Below are positions 50,080 through 60,941 of a stretch of 64,000 nucleotides of DNA, piece by piece; position 1 is the stretch's first letter, and each line of letters starts with the position of its first letter. The notes under the pieces are model-generated. The model searched no databases and was not told where the DNA came from. It was given only the letters and a program-made list of their open reading frames with translations. The DNA is taken from NCBI GenBank assembly GCA_963715855.1, contig OY970279.1:1856363-1920362 (forward strand), in the 5' to 3' direction. The position numbers were made by a program, and so were the translations under genes. This stretch comes from an uncultured Actinomycetota bacterium (lineage in GTDB: Bacteria > Actinomycetota > Acidimicrobiia > Acidimicrobiales > RAAP-2).

Positions 50080-51917
50080 GTGCACATTTCACCCCGACCC
50101 ACCATCGCGTCCGCCCGCTTCCAGTGGCCGGGCGCCGCACCGGCGCGTCGCCGTCGCGGCGCCTCAAGCTCGTGCGGGCCGGCTTCGTCCTGGTCTTCGC
50201 GGCGCTGGCCGTTCGCCTCTTCTTTCTCCAAGTGGTGGATCACCCCTACTTCAGCGCACTGTCGGTTGGTCAGGTCCGCGTTGACCTGACCACCACCGCA
50301 CTGCGCGCGGGGATCTACGACCGCAACGCGCAGATCCTCGCGGTGTCACGTCCCACCTCCCTGGTGATCGCCGACGACATGCAGATCTCGCACCCCGCAA
50401 CGGAGGCGGCGGCCATGGCGCCGCTGGTACACGTGCCGGTGGCCAAGCTCACCCGGATGCTCTCGAAGAAACACGACGGCTACGTCGTGATCACCAATGA
50501 CCTCAACCTGGCGTCGGGTCACAAGGTGTCGTCACTGGTCTTTCCGGGCATCGTCGTGCAGAGCTCGTCGGTGCGGACCTACCCCAGCGGGCCGATCGCA
50601 ACCTCGGTGCTCGGTGGAACCAACGCCCAGGGCGCGGGCTCGGCCGGCCTGGAGTACAAGTACCAGTCACTGCTCGCGGGTCGCACCGGTGTCACGCGCG
50701 CCTTCGTCTCCAGCTCGGGCGTCAATCTGCCGAGCGCGGCATCGACCGTCGTCACCAAGGCGAAGCCGGGCGTGGGACTTGAACTGACCCTGGACACGTC
50801 GTTGCAGTTCGTCGCCGAGCGCGCCCTGGCTCGTGAACTCGCCTCGACCGGCGCGGTCGACGGATCGGCCGTGGTCATGGATGTGAAAACCGGTCAGATC
50901 TTGGCCGACGCCTCGCTGGTGAACACGCACACCCAGGCCGGCGTCCTCGGGCCGGTGCCGGCGTGGGGTCACTCGGTGGGAGTGCCCGGGATCCAACAGA
51001 CCATCAACAACCTTCCCTTCACCCAGGCCTACGAGCCGGGGTCGGTGTTCAAGGTCGTGACTTTTTCAGCGGCGCTGCAGCAGGGCGTGATCACGCCGAA
51101 CAGCGTCTTCGCCGTGCCCAACGCCGTCAACGTCGGCGGGCGCTACTTCCACGACGCCGAGGCCCACGGTCTCGAGCACCTGACGGCCACCCAGATCCTG
51201 GCGCTGTCGTCGAACATCGGCACCTACGAGATCGGAAGCAAGGTGGGCGAGGCCGGGCTGTTGGCCCAGGTCGAACGGCTGGGATTCGGTCAGCAGACCC
51301 CGGTCGACTTTCCTGGCGAGACCTCCGGACTGCTCGTGAGCGCCGCCAACTGGCACACCAGCGACCAGGTCGCGCTGCCCATCGGCCAGGTGGACGCGGT
51401 GCCGCCGATCCAGATCCTCGACGCGTACAACACCATCGCCAACGGGGGCGTGTACGTCGCGCCCAAGTTGGTGCGCGGGTACGTGCACGCCAACGGAACA
51501 GTGAGCGCGACGCCACCCAGCGTGCACTACCGAGCATTGTCGCCCGCGGTGGACGCGACGATGGTGTCGATGCTCGAGCAGGTCGTCCTCGCCGGCACCG
51601 GCACCAGCGCCATCATCCCGGGCTACTCGGTGGCCGGCAAGACCGGGACGGCCTCCATGTTCATCCCGGGAAAGGCGCAGTTGTTGAGCGGCGCGTACAA
51701 CGCCACCTTCGTCGGATTCGCCCCCGCCAACGCTCCAGTACTGTCGATGATTGTTGTCATTGAGAGGCCCCAGACCATGATCTTCGGCGGCGAGGTCGCC
51801 GCGCCGGTCTTCCAGCAGGTCATGTCGTACGCCCTGCACCACTACGGGATCCCGTCCAACGGCACCGTCGTCAAGCCCCTGACCGGCAAGGCGTCGATCA
51901 GCTCGGACGTGACGTGA
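50076..51917 (+). CDS. ftsI: Class B penicillin-binding protein FtsI
   Basis: YEPGSVFK, SSN, AGKTGT, N-terminal TM segment. Confidence 0.93.
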   Translation: MSAHFTPTHHRVRPLPVAGRRTGASPSRRLKLVRAGFVLVFAALAVRLFFLQVVDHPYFSALSVGQVRVDLTTTALRAGIYDRNAQILAVSRPTSLVIADDMQISHPATEAAAMAPLVHVPVAKLTRMLSKKHDGYVVITNDLNLASGHKVSSLVFPGIVVQSSSVRTYPSGPIATSVLGGTNAQGAGSAGLEYKYQSLLAGRTGVTRAFVSSSGVNLPSAASTVVTKAKPGVGLELTLDTSLQFVAERALARELASTGAVDGSAVVMDVKTGQILADASLVNTHTQAGVLGPVPAWGHSVGVPGIQQTINNLPFTQAYEPGSVFKVVTFSAALQQGVITPNSVFAVPNAVNVGGRYFHDAEAHGLEHLTATQILALSSNIGTYEIGSKVGEAGLLAQVERLGFGQQTPVDFPGETSGLLVSAANWHTSDQVALPIGQVDAVPPIQILDAYNTIANGGVYVAPKLVRGYVHANGTVSATPPSVHYRALSPAVDATMVSMLEQVVLAGTGTSAIIPGYSVAGKTGTASMFIPGKAQLLSGAYNATFVGFAPANAPVLSMIVVIERPQTMIFGGEVAAPVFQQVMSYALHHYGIPSNGTVVKPLTGKASISSDVT

Positions 51918-53323
51918 TGCAACTCGGTGACCTCTTGGACGATCTCACGTTCGACGCCGAGACCGGCCGCGTGGAGGTGAGCGACGTCCAGGTCGACTCG
52001 CGCGCGTGCGCGCCCGGGTCGCTCTTCTTCGCCCTGCCGGGGCGACAGACCAACGGGGTTACGCACTCGGCCGACGCCGTCGCGCACGGGGCGGTCGCCG
52101 TCGTGGCCGGCGAGCCCGTGCAGGTCGCGGCGCCCGTGGTCGTGGTCCCGACCTCGCGACTGCGCGCCCTGCTGGCCGAGGCCAGCGCGGCGATCGTGGG
52201 TCACCCCGAGCTCGACGTGGACCTCGTCGGGGTGACTGGCACCAACGGCAAGACCACGGTCACGTCGCTCGTGGCGTCACTGGCGCGCGCGCTGGGTTGG
52301 AACGGGGCGAGCGTCGGGACGCTGACCAACGAGCGCACGACGCCCGCGCCACCGGAACTGTTTCGCACGCTGGCGCGCCTGGCCGACGAGTTCTCGCGCG
52401 ACCGACCACGATCGGTGATCGCCCTCGAGGTCTCCAGCCACGCGCTCGACCAAGGGCGCGTCGACGGCCTGCGCTTCGGCGTCGCCGCGTTCACCAATCT
52501 GGGTCACGACCACCTCGACTACCACGGATCGATGGAGGAGTACTTCGCGGCCAAGGCCGCCCTGTTCGACCCCGACCACGCGCGACGCGCGGTGCTGTGG
52601 GTCGACGACCCCTACGGCCAGCGCCTGGCCTCGACGACCTCGCTGCCCGTCGCGAGCGTGAGCCGCGAGGACGCGAGCGACGTGGCCACCTCGTGGCGCG
52701 GCACCGCCTTCACCTGGCGTGGGCGCACCGTGGTGACCCCCCTAGTGGGCGGGTTCAACGTGGACGACGCGCTGGTCAGCATGGCGGTGGCCGGAGCCTT
52801 GGGTGCGAGTGACGATGACGTGGCCGCGGCGATGGCCCGAGTGGACCCGGTGCCGGGTCGTTTCGAGGTCGTCGCGCACGGCGACGTGGTCGTGGTCGTG
52901 GACTACGCGCACACCCCCGAGGGCCTGGCGCGACTGCTCGCTGACGTACGCGAACTGATGAGCGAAGGACGACTCGTGGCGGTCTTCGGATGCGGGGGCG
53001 ACCGCGACCGTGAGAAGCGTCCGGAGATGGGCGCGGTCGCGTCGCGCCTGGCCGACGTGACGTTCGTCACCTCGGACAATCCGCGGGGCGAACCGCCCGA
53101 GGCCATCGTCAGCGCCATCGTCGCGGGCGCGTCGGCCGGCTCTGACGTGCGCCGGGTGCTCGACCGGCGCGAGGCGATCGGGGCGGCGTTGACCGAGGCG
53201 CGCCGCGGCGACGTGGTGGTGATCGCCGGCAAGGGCCACGAGACGACCCAAACCATCGGCGACGAAGTCCTCGTCTTCGACGACCGCGCAGTGGCGCGTG
53301 ACCTGCTGGGGGCATCGTGCTGA
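51917..53323 (+). CDS. murE: UDP-MurNAc-dipeptide--DAP ligase
   Basis: TGTNGKTT, EVSSH, HLDYH, DYAHTP, SDNPR (DAP specificity), GKGHE. Confidence 0.95.
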   Translation: MQLGDLLDDLTFDAETGRVEVSDVQVDSRACAPGSLFFALPGRQTNGVTHSADAVAHGAVAVVAGEPVQVAAPVVVVPTSRLRALLAEASAAIVGHPELDVDLVGVTGTNGKTTVTSLVASLARALGWNGASVGTLTNERTTPAPPELFRTLARLADEFSRDRPRSVIALEVSSHALDQGRVDGLRFGVAAFTNLGHDHLDYHGSMEEYFAAKAALFDPDHARRAVLWVDDPYGQRLASTTSLPVASVSREDASDVATSWRGTAFTWRGRTVVTPLVGGFNVDDALVSMAVAGALGASDDDVAAAMARVDPVPGRFEVVAHGDVVVVVDYAHTPEGLARLLADVRELMSEGRLVAVFGCGGDRDREKRPEMGAVASRLADVTFVTSDNPRGEPPEAIVSAIVAGASAGSDVRRVLDRREAIGAALTEARRGDVVVIAGKGHETTQTIGDEVLVFDDRAVARDLLGASC

Positions 53324-54351
53324 GCCTGATGGAGTCGGGCTCGGTGGGCTTCGTGGTGGCGCTGCTGCTCACGCCGCTGTGGATTCGCTTCCTGTCGGAG
53401 CGTTCACTGGGCCAGCTCATTCGTGATGACGGGCCGTCCACCCACCACGCCAAGGCCGGCACGCCGACCATGGGCGGGGCCGTCATTGTCGTCGCGGCGG
53501 TGCTGGGGTACGCCACGGGCCACGTAGGCACCGCGATCACCTTCACCCGCGCGGGCGTGCTCGTCGTGTGCGTGATGGTCGCCGCGGGCGTTCTGGGTTT
53601 CGTAGACGACTACCTGGCCATCCGCAACTTTCGCAACCTCGGCCTCAGCACCCGCGGCAAACTGATCGGCCTGTTGCTTATCGCCGCGGCCTTCGCGGGC
53701 CTGTCGGTCGCCTGGGTCCACACCTCGACCAACCTCTCCTTCACCCGGTTCTCCCTGCCCGGCTGGAACCTGACCGCAGTGGGATGGATGGTCCTGGCGG
53801 TCCTCGTGATCATCGCGACGGCCAACGCGGTGAACCTCACCGACGGCCTCGACGGCTTGGCCGCGGGCGCCTCGACGTTCTGCTTCGGCGTGCTGTCGAT
53901 CATCGGCTACTGGCAGTTCCGCCACTTCTCCATCTACCACCTGCACTCGTCACTGGACATGGGCCTGGTCGCCGTCGGACTGGTCGGCGCGTGCCTGGGC
54001 TTTCTGTGGTGGAACGCGGCCCCCGCGCGGATCATCATGGGCGACACCGGCTCGCTGGCGATCGGTACCGGTCTCGGGGCGCTGGCCCTGCTGATGAATC
54101 TCGACCTGCTGCTCGTCGTCCTCGGGGGGCTCTTCGTCGCCGAGACCGCCTCGGTGATCTTGCAGGTGGTGAGCTTCAAGCTCTTCGGTCGTCGGATCTT
54201 TCGCATGGCGCCGTTCCATCACCACTTCGAGCTGCGCGGGTGGCCCGAGACGACGGTCATCGTGCGCCTGTGGATCCTGGCGGGGCTGTTGGCCGCGCTG
54301 GGACTGGGCATCTTCTACGGCGACTTCCTCAAGATCGCGAAGGTGGTCTAG
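53317..54351 (+). CDS. mraY: Phospho-N-acetylmuramoyl-pentapeptide transferase
   Basis: GTPTMGG, NAVNLTDGLDG, MGDTGS, MAPFHHHFE. Confidence 0.96.
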   Translation: MLSLMESGSVGFVVALLLTPLWIRFLSERSLGQLIRDDGPSTHHAKAGTPTMGGAVIVVAAVLGYATGHVGTAITFTRAGVLVVCVMVAAGVLGFVDDYLAIRNFRNLGLSTRGKLIGLLLIAAAFAGLSVAWVHTSTNLSFTRFSLPGWNLTAVGWMVLAVLVIIATANAVNLTDGLDGLAAGASTFCFGVLSIIGYWQFRHFSIYHLHSSLDMGLVAVGLVGACLGFLWWNAAPARIIMGDTGSLAIGTGLGALALLMNLDLLLVVLGGLFVAETASVILQVVSFKLFGRRIFRMAPFHHHFELRGWPETTVIVRLWILAGLLAALGLGIFYGDFLKIAKVV

Positions 54352-54353
54352 CC

Positions 54354-55589
54354 GTGGCCCGATCGACACCGCGGAGCACGCGACTGGGACCGTTCCCGCG
54401 CGGTGACGCCACGGGGCGAATGCTCCTCATCGTGACCGCGTTGTTGGTCACGTTCGGCACCGTCGCGGTGGCGTCGGCCAGCGAAGGTCAGTCGGCCGCC
54501 AACGGCGCGGCGTCGTGGAGTATCGCGATACGTGACCTCGTCTACCTGGGACTCGGGCTGGCGGCCCTCTTCGTCGCGGCGCGAGTGCGCGCCGCGAACT
54601 TGGTGCGCCGCGCACCGGTGTGGGTCGTCGGGGGCCTCGGGCTCCTGTTCGCGGTCAAGGCCGTCGGCGTCAGCGCCAACGGGGGCAAGCGCTGGATCAA
54701 CCTGCACGCCATCTACCTTCAGCCCTCCGAACTGTTCAAGTTCGCCGCCGTGCTGTTCATCGCGTGGCTGGTCGAGCACCACCACGATCAGTTGGGCGAC
54801 TGGCGACGCCTGGCCCTGTGGACCGCGCCGGTCACCCTCGGCGCCGTGCTGATCGTGATCGAGCCGGACATCGGCACGTCTTCGGTGGTCGTAGCCATTG
54901 CGCTCGTGATGCTGGCGGTGGCCGGTCTGTCGCGCACGCTGCTGGTGCGCATTGTCGCGGTCGGGGCGCTGGCCTTCGGCGGCTACATGATGTACCGGCC
55001 CTACGCGGCGAGTCGCTTCTTCTCCTTCGTGCACCCCAACCAGAACTTGATGGGCACCGGCTATCAACTCCTGCAGTCGAAGATCGGCCTGGGCGCGGGT
55101 GGGCTCACCGGTCTGGGCCTCGGGCACAGCCGCGAGAAGTGGGGCCTGCTGCCGAACCCGCACACCGACTTCATCTTCACCATCGTGGGCGAGGAGATGG
55201 GTTTTATCGGCACGATGGTCGTGCTGGTGCTCTTCGTGGCGTTCCTGCTGTGCGCAACCCGGATCGCCCAGCGCTGCGCGCACCAGTCGCTGCGACTGGT
55301 GGCGGTGGGCATCACCACGTGGATCTGTCTGGAAGCCGCGATCAACATCGCGTCGGTGGTCGGCGGCTGGGCGGTGACCGGCATCCCCCTGCCGTTCTTC
55401 TCCTACGGCGGCACGGCCCTCATCACCGAACTCGCCGCGGTGGGGCTGCTCTACAACATCGCTCACGTCAGTTCGCGCACCCCGGACCTTGAGGTCGCGG
55501 CGGCGCGTCGTTCGCCCGTCGCTCGCCGTCCCCAGCGGTCCGCTCGTCACCCCCAGCCTCGCGTCGAGTCAGCGCCGCGGAGGCGCTAG
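54354..55589 (+). CDS. ftsW: SEDS peptidoglycan polymerase FtsW
   Basis: QPSELFK, EPDIG, HTDFIFTIVGEE, PFFSYGG. Confidence 0.94.
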   Translation: MARSTPRSTRLGPFPRGDATGRMLLIVTALLVTFGTVAVASASEGQSAANGAASWSIAIRDLVYLGLGLAALFVAARVRAANLVRRAPVWVVGGLGLLFAVKAVGVSANGGKRWINLHAIYLQPSELFKFAAVLFIAWLVEHHHDQLGDWRRLALWTAPVTLGAVLIVIEPDIGTSSVVVAIALVMLAVAGLSRTLLVRIVAVGALAFGGYMMYRPYAASRFFSFVHPNQNLMGTGYQLLQSKIGLGAGGLTGLGLGHSREKWGLLPNPHTDFIFTIVGEEMGFIGTMVVLVLFVAFLLCATRIAQRCAHQSLRLVAVGITTWICLEAAINIASVVGGWAVTGIPLPFFSYGGTALITELAAVGLLYNIAHVSSRTPDLEVAAARRSPVARRPQRSARHPQPRVESAPRRR

Positions 55590-56704
55590 TGCCTCGGCCG
55601 GTCGTGATCACCGGTGGCGGCACGGGTGGGCACGTCTTTGCCATGCAGGCCGTCGCCGAAGCGCTCACGCGCGCGGGCGTGGCGCCGGAGCGCCTGCGCT
55701 ACGTCGGTAGTCGCCGGGGCCAAGAGGCCGACCTGCTGGGCGCGGGACCCATCGCGCTCACGCTGCTGGCGGGTCGGGGCCTTCGTCGTTCGGTCACGCC
55801 GCGCGACGTGGCGTCCAACGCCCTCGCCGTCTCGGCACTGCTCTGGGCGGTACTGCGCAGCGTTCTGCTGGTCGCGCGGTGGCGCCCGGCGGTCGTGGTC
55901 TCGGTCGGGGGGTACGCGTCCTTTCCGGTATCGGTGGTCACGGCCGCACTCGGTCGCCGGTTGGTCCTGGTGGAACTCGACGCCGCGCCCGGAGCGGCGC
56001 ACCGACTGCTGGCGCGGCGCGCCAGCGTGCGCTGCCTGGCTTTCGACGACGGATCTAACGGCGTGGTCACCGGGGCCCCGGTGCGCGAGGAGATCGCGCG
56101 CATCGTGCGCGACGCCCCCGCGCGCAGCGTTCGTCGCCGAGAGATGGTGCCGCCGATCGACGAGGCGCGGCGCGTCGTGGTCGTGATGACCGGTTCGTTG
56201 GGCTCGGCCCGGGTGAACGCCGCCGTTGTCGAGTTGGTGACGCTGTGGGCGAATCGTGCGGATCGGACGGTCCTGCACGTCACGGGCCGGCGCGACTACC
56301 CGTGGGTGCGCGACGCGCGGGTCGCTACGGGCGAGCTCGACTACCGGGTCGAGGCGTTCGCCGACATGGAGGTGTTGTGGTCGGTGGCCGACGTCGCGGT
56401 GTGTCGGGCTGGCGCGACCACGATCGCCGAGTTGACCGCCCTGGGGATCGCCGCGGTCCTGGTCCCTCTGCCACGGGCGCCCGGTGACCACCAGGCGAAG
56501 AACGCGCAGTCCCTGGCCCACGCGAACGCGGCGTTGATCGTGCGCGACGACGACTGCACCGGCGCGTCGCTCGCCCACGCGCTCGACGAGTTGTTGACCA
56601 ATGGTCGCGCCGAGCAGATGGGCGAGGCGGCGCGACGTCTGGGACACCTGGACGCCGCGGCGGCCATCGCGACCGTGGTCCTGGACGTGGGAGGCGTGAG
56701 GTGA
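55589..56704 (+). CDS. murG: Lipid II GlcNAc transferase
   Basis: GGGTGGH, GGYAS, GSLGS, RAGATT, HQAKNA. Confidence 0.95.
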   Translation: MPRPVVITGGGTGGHVFAMQAVAEALTRAGVAPERLRYVGSRRGQEADLLGAGPIALTLLAGRGLRRSVTPRDVASNALAVSALLWAVLRSVLLVARWRPAVVVSVGGYASFPVSVVTAALGRRLVLVELDAAPGAAHRLLARRASVRCLAFDDGSNGVVTGAPVREEIARIVRDAPARSVRRREMVPPIDEARRVVVVMTGSLGSARVNAAVVELVTLWANRADRTVLHVTGRRDYPWVRDARVATGELDYRVEAFADMEVLWSVADVAVCRAGATTIAELTALGIAAVLVPLPRAPGDHQAKNAQSLAHANAALIVRDDDCTGASLAHALDELLTNGRAEQMGEAARRLGHLDAAAAIATVVLDVGGVR

Positions 56705-58062
56705 GCTGGATTGCCCCGGCGACGCGCGTGCACGTGGTCGGAATCGGAGGTGCCGGAATGAGCGCGCTGGCACGACTCCTCGTCGAGGCGGGCTGCGTGG
56801 TATCCGGCTCGGACGCCGCCGCGTCGGCCGAGCTGGACGACCTGCGGGCGATGGGGGTCACGGTGTACGTGGGTCACGACGCGGCGCACGTCGCCGGCGC
56901 CGCGGTCGTGACGTGGTCACCGGCGGTGGCGTCCGACAACGTCGAACTGACGGCGGCGCGCCAACGCGGGGCCGTGATGGTGGCGCGCGCGGACCTCTTC
57001 GAAGAGCTCGGCCAGCGCTACCGCGTCGTCGGACTCGCCGGCACACACGGCAAGACCACCGCGACCTCGATGATGGTCCACGTGCTGGCCGCGGCCGGCC
57101 GCGACGCCGCGCGCCTCGTCGGGGCGCGCGTGCTCGGGGTCGGCGCGAGTGGTCACGACGGACCCGACGGTCTGGTTCTCGAAGTCGACGAGAGCTACGG
57201 CACGTTCGCGCGGCTGACGCCGCACGCGCTGGGCTTGCTCAACGTTGAGGCCGACCACCTCGACCACTACGGTGCTCTGGCCGCGTTGGAGGCGGAGTTC
57301 ACCGCCCTCGTCGAACGCACGACCGGCCCGGTGGTGGCCTGGGTCGACGACGAGGGCGCGCGCCGCGTGGTCGCGGCGGCGCGACGGCCCTGCGACGCGG
57401 TAGCCCTCGACGTCCCGGCGCGCTGGCGCGTCGCCGATGTGTACGTGACACGCGACGGCTCGACGTTCTCGGTGCGTGGTCCGCACACCGACGTCGACAT
57501 TCGACTGGCGGTGGCGGGACGCCACGCCGTGGCCGACGCGGCCGTGGTCGCCGTACTCGCGCTCGTCGACGGCGTCGACCCCGCGGCCGTCGTGGCCGGT
57601 CTGGGCGCCTTTCAAGGTGCCCCGAGGCGCTTCGAACATCGCGGGCAGTGGCGTGGCGTCGCGGTCTACGAGGACTACGCCCACCTGCCCGGTGAGATCG
57701 CCGCGACTCTCGAGGCGCTGCACGCGATTGGCTACGACCGCGTGACCGCGGTCTTTCAGCCCCATCGGGTGACGCGCACGCTGGCCCTCGCCGACGCGTT
57801 CGCACCGTCGTTCGACGCCGCGCGCCACGTGGTGGTCACCGACATTTACAGCGCCGGCGAGGCCAACCCCACCGCCGTCACCGGCGAGGCGGTAGCGGGT
57901 CCGCTGCGCGCGCGACGTGGGAGCGACGTGACGTACGCGCCGAGCCCGGCTGACGTGGTCGCCGCACTCGTTGCGTTGCGTGACGACAGCGACGTGATCG
58001 TGCTGCTCGGCGCCGGAGACGTGGCCGGCGTGATAGCCGACCTGCCGGACGGTCTGACGTGA
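56701..58062 (+). CDS. murC: UDP-MurNAc--L-alanine ligase
   Basis: GIGGAGMS, GTHGKTT, EVDES, DHLDHY, DYAH, FQPHR. Confidence 0.95.
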   Translation: MSWIAPATRVHVVGIGGAGMSALARLLVEAGCVVSGSDAAASAELDDLRAMGVTVYVGHDAAHVAGAAVVTWSPAVASDNVELTAARQRGAVMVARADLFEELGQRYRVVGLAGTHGKTTATSMMVHVLAAAGRDAARLVGARVLGVGASGHDGPDGLVLEVDESYGTFARLTPHALGLLNVEADHLDHYGALAALEAEFTALVERTTGPVVAWVDDEGARRVVAAARRPCDAVALDVPARWRVADVYVTRDGSTFSVRGPHTDVDIRLAVAGRHAVADAAVVAVLALVDGVDPAAVVAGLGAFQGAPRRFEHRGQWRGVAVYEDYAHLPGEIAATLEALHAIGYDRVTAVFQPHRVTRTLALADAFAPSFDAARHVVVTDIYSAGEANPTAVTGEAVAGPLRARRGSDVTYAPSPADVVAALVALRDDSDVIVLLGAGDVAGVIADLPDGLT

Positions 58063-58970
58063 GTGCGCTCGACGACCTGATCGCTCGCGGCGGCGCGCGC
58101 GTGGAAGCCCACGCCAACCTGGGCGAACGCACGACTTATCGGGTGGGCGGATCCGCCGCCGCCCTGGTCACCCTGGCGAATGCGGCCGATTTGGACGAGC
58201 TCGGTCCGCTGATCGAAGCCACGGGTCTGGCCGTGGTGGTCCTGGGCCACGGCTCCAACCTGCTCGTGGCCGACGGCGAGCATGACGTCGTCGGCGTGCA
58301 ACTGGGCGATGGCTTCGGTGAGTTGAGCTGGCGCGACGTTGACGGTGTCGTCGAAGTCGAGGCTGGCGCGGCCCTCGACCTGCCCGTGGCTGCACGGCGT
58401 CTGGCGAGCGACTCGGTGGTCGGCTTCGAGTGGGCGGTGGGCGTGCCCGGAACCTTCGGCGGCGCGGTCTCGATGAACGCCGGGGGACACGGATCGAACA
58501 TGGCGGCCAGTGTGGTGCGTGCACGCACGTGGCTGGGTCACGTGCGCGAGCGCACACTGGCGGAACTCAACTTCGGGTATCGCACCTCAGAACTGGAGCC
58601 GGGCGAACTGGTGATCAGCGTCACGTTGCACCTCGCGCGCGGCGACGCGGCGGCGGCCCTGGAACAGATACGCGAGATCGTGCGGTGGCGCCGCGCCCAC
58701 CAGCCCGGCGGCGCCAACGCCGGGAGCGTCTTTCGCAATCCACCGGACGACACGGCCGGTCGTTTGATCGACGCGGCCGGGCTGAAGGGAGTACGCGTTC
58801 GGAGCGCCGTCGTCTCGTCCAAGCACGCCAACTTCATCCTGGTCGATCGCGGCGGTCAGGCCAACGACGTCGCCGAGCTGATGCAGCTCGTGGCTGGGCG
58901 CGTCGCCGAACAGTTCGGGGTCGAGCTGGTGAGCGAGCACCGGCTCGTCGGATTCGAGGGCGGCGCGTGA
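58059..58970 (+). CDS. murB: UDP-N-acetylenolpyruvylglucosamine reductase
   Basis: TYRVGG, GSNLLV, MNAG, GSVFRNP, HANF. Confidence 0.95.
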   Translation: MSALDDLIARGGARVEAHANLGERTTYRVGGSAAALVTLANAADLDELGPLIEATGLAVVVLGHGSNLLVADGEHDVVGVQLGDGFGELSWRDVDGVVEVEAGAALDLPVAARRLASDSVVGFEWAVGVPGTFGGAVSMNAGGHGSNMAASVVRARTWLGHVRERTLAELNFGYRTSELEPGELVISVTLHLARGDAAAALEQIREIVRWRRAHQPGGANAGSVFRNPPDDTAGRLIDAAGLKGVRVRSAVVSSKHANFILVDRGGQANDVAELMQLVAGRVAEQFGVELVSEHRLVGFEGGA

Positions 58971-59740
58971 GTCGGCGCCGCCCGGTGGCTGCGTCGGGCG
59001 CTCGCGCGCGAGTCGAGAAGCGTCCGCGGCGTGGACATCGAGTCGCGCGAGTGCTGGTCGTGGTTCTGCTCGCGGCGGCCACGCTCGTCGCGGGCGGTGA
59101 GTGGCTGGTGCGCCAGTCGTACTTTCGCGTGCATCACGTCACCGTGACGGGGCTCACGCACGAGTCGACCGCGGCCGTGCTCGCGGCCAGCGGCCTGGCG
59201 GCCCACCCGCCGATGATCGACGTCAGCGCGGTGCAGATCGCGCAGCGACTGAGCGCCTTCACCTGGATCGACCACGTCGCCATTGTCAAGCACTGGCCCG
59301 ACACGCTGGACGTGACCGTGCGTGAGCGCGTCGCGGTGGCCGTCGCGTTCGACCCGCACCACCACCTGCGCTACGTCGACCGCGCCGGCCACGACCTCGG
59401 GCCCGCGCCGCTGGACGCCAACCTGCCCACCCTGGCGTACCTACACCCGCGCACCGGCACGTGGCCCTACGAAGGTGCCGCACGCGCCGCGGCGATGGTC
59501 GCCGCGCTGCTGCCGCCGGCTTTCGCGGCGCAGGTCTCGGTGATCACCGTGGACCACCACGACATCGTCAGCTTGAGAATGACGACGCCAGTGACGTTCA
59601 TCCTGGGGATACCCACGCAGTTGCACGCCAAGTTCGTGGCGGTCGCCTCGGTCATTGCCCACGAAACGTTGCGTCCCGGTGACGTGGTGGACGTGAGCGT
59701 TCCCGGGGCGTTGGCTGTCACCGGGCCACCTCCCTCGTGA
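58967..59740 (+). CDS. ftsQ: Cell division protein FtsQ/DivIB
   Basis: TM segment plus POTRA-like region (KHWPDTLDVTVRER); position before ftsZ. Confidence 0.82.
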   Translation: MSRRRPVAASGARARVEKRPRRGHRVARVLVVVLLAAATLVAGGEWLVRQSYFRVHHVTVTGLTHESTAAVLAASGLAAHPPMIDVSAVQIAQRLSAFTWIDHVAIVKHWPDTLDVTVRERVAVAVAFDPHHHLRYVDRAGHDLGPAPLDANLPTLAYLHPRTGTWPYEGAARAAAMVAALLPPAFAAQVSVITVDHHDIVSLRMTTPVTFILGIPTQLHAKFVAVASVIAHETLRPGDVVDVSVPGALAVTGPPPS

Positions 59741-59748
59741 CCCGCCAT

Positions 59749-59777
59749 TTGACCCCCTACCGGGCCCTGACTAGCCT
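59749..59777 (+). promoter_or_regulatory. Housekeeping sigma promoter for ftsZ
   Basis: TTGACC-17 nt-TAGCCT. Confidence 0.65.
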
Positions 59778-59855
59778 TCAAAGACATTTCGTGCGACAAG
59801 ATCGTGGCCTCCATTGCGGTGGGACACAATGGAAGGGTCGATCCAAGGGGAGTCC

Positions 59856-60941
59856 ATGAGTCTGAGCCAGAGCAACTACCACGCCGTCATCAAGGTGATC
59901 GGCGTGGGTGGTGGAGGTGTCAACGCGGTTAACCGCATGATCACCTCGGGTCTGCGCAACATCGAGTTCATCGCCGCCAACACCGACGCGCAGGCGCTCC
60001 TGCTCAGCGAAGCCGACCTCAAGCTCGACATCGGGCGTGAACTCACCCGCGGCTTGGGCGCGGGCAGCGACCCGGAGATCGGCCGCCAGGCGGCCGAGGA
60101 CCACCGCGCCGAGATCGAAGAGTCCTTGAAGGACGCCGACATGGTGTTCATCACGGCCGGAGAGGGTGGCGGCACCGGCAGCGGCGGGGCCCCGGTGGTC
60201 GCCGACGTGGCTCGGTCCATGGGGATCTTGACGATCGGCGTGGTCACGCGTCCGTTCTCCTTCGAGGGCAAGCGTCGCGCCACCCAGGCCGACAAGGGGA
60301 TCGAGCAACTGCGAGGCAAGGTCGACACGCTCATCGTGATCCCCAACGACCGCCTGCTCTCGGTGACCGCCGCGGACACGAGCATGCTCGAGGCGTTCAA
60401 GATCGCCGACGACGTGCTGCTGTCGGCGGTGCGCGGGGTGACGGACCTCATCACCGTGCCCGGACTGATCAACACCGACTTCGCCGACGTCAACACCATC
60501 ATGCGTAACGCCGGCACCGCGATCATGGGCGTGGGCCAGTCGACCGGCGAGGGTCGGGCCGTCAACGCGGCGCGCGCGGCGATCACCTCACCGCTGCTCG
60601 AGACCTCCATCGACGGAGCGCGCGGCATCCTGATGAACATCGTCGGCGGACCCGGCGTCACGCTCACCGAGGTCACGGACGCGGCGAGCATCATCCATTC
60701 GGTGGCCCACCCGGACGCCAACATCATCTTCGGCAGCGTGATCGACGACAGCATCGGCGACGCGGTGCGCGTGACGGTGATCGCCGCGGGCTTCAGCGCC
60801 GACCACAAGCCCAAGTCAGCCGTGACCGTCTCGGAGCCGGTCATGACCGAGGGCCCGCGCGCGGACATCTTCGCCACGCCCACCGGTGACGACCTGTTCG
60901 ACGTCGGGGGCGACGACGACCTCCCGAGCTTCCTGCGCTGA
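59856..60941 (+). CDS. ftsZ: Cell division protein FtsZ
   Basis: GVGGGG, GGGTGSG, NTDFAD. Confidence 0.98.
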   Translation: MSLSQSNYHAVIKVIGVGGGGVNAVNRMITSGLRNIEFIAANTDAQALLLSEADLKLDIGRELTRGLGAGSDPEIGRQAAEDHRAEIEESLKDADMVFITAGEGGGTGSGGAPVVADVARSMGILTIGVVTRPFSFEGKRRATQADKGIEQLRGKVDTLIVIPNDRLLSVTAADTSMLEAFKIADDVLLSAVRGVTDLITVPGLINTDFADVNTIMRNAGTAIMGVGQSTGEGRAVNAARAAITSPLLETSIDGARGILMNIVGGPGVTLTEVTDAASIIHSVAHPDANIIFGSVIDDSIGDAVRVTVIAAGFSADHKPKSAVTVSEPVMTEGPRADIFATPTGDDLFDVGGDDDLPSFLR

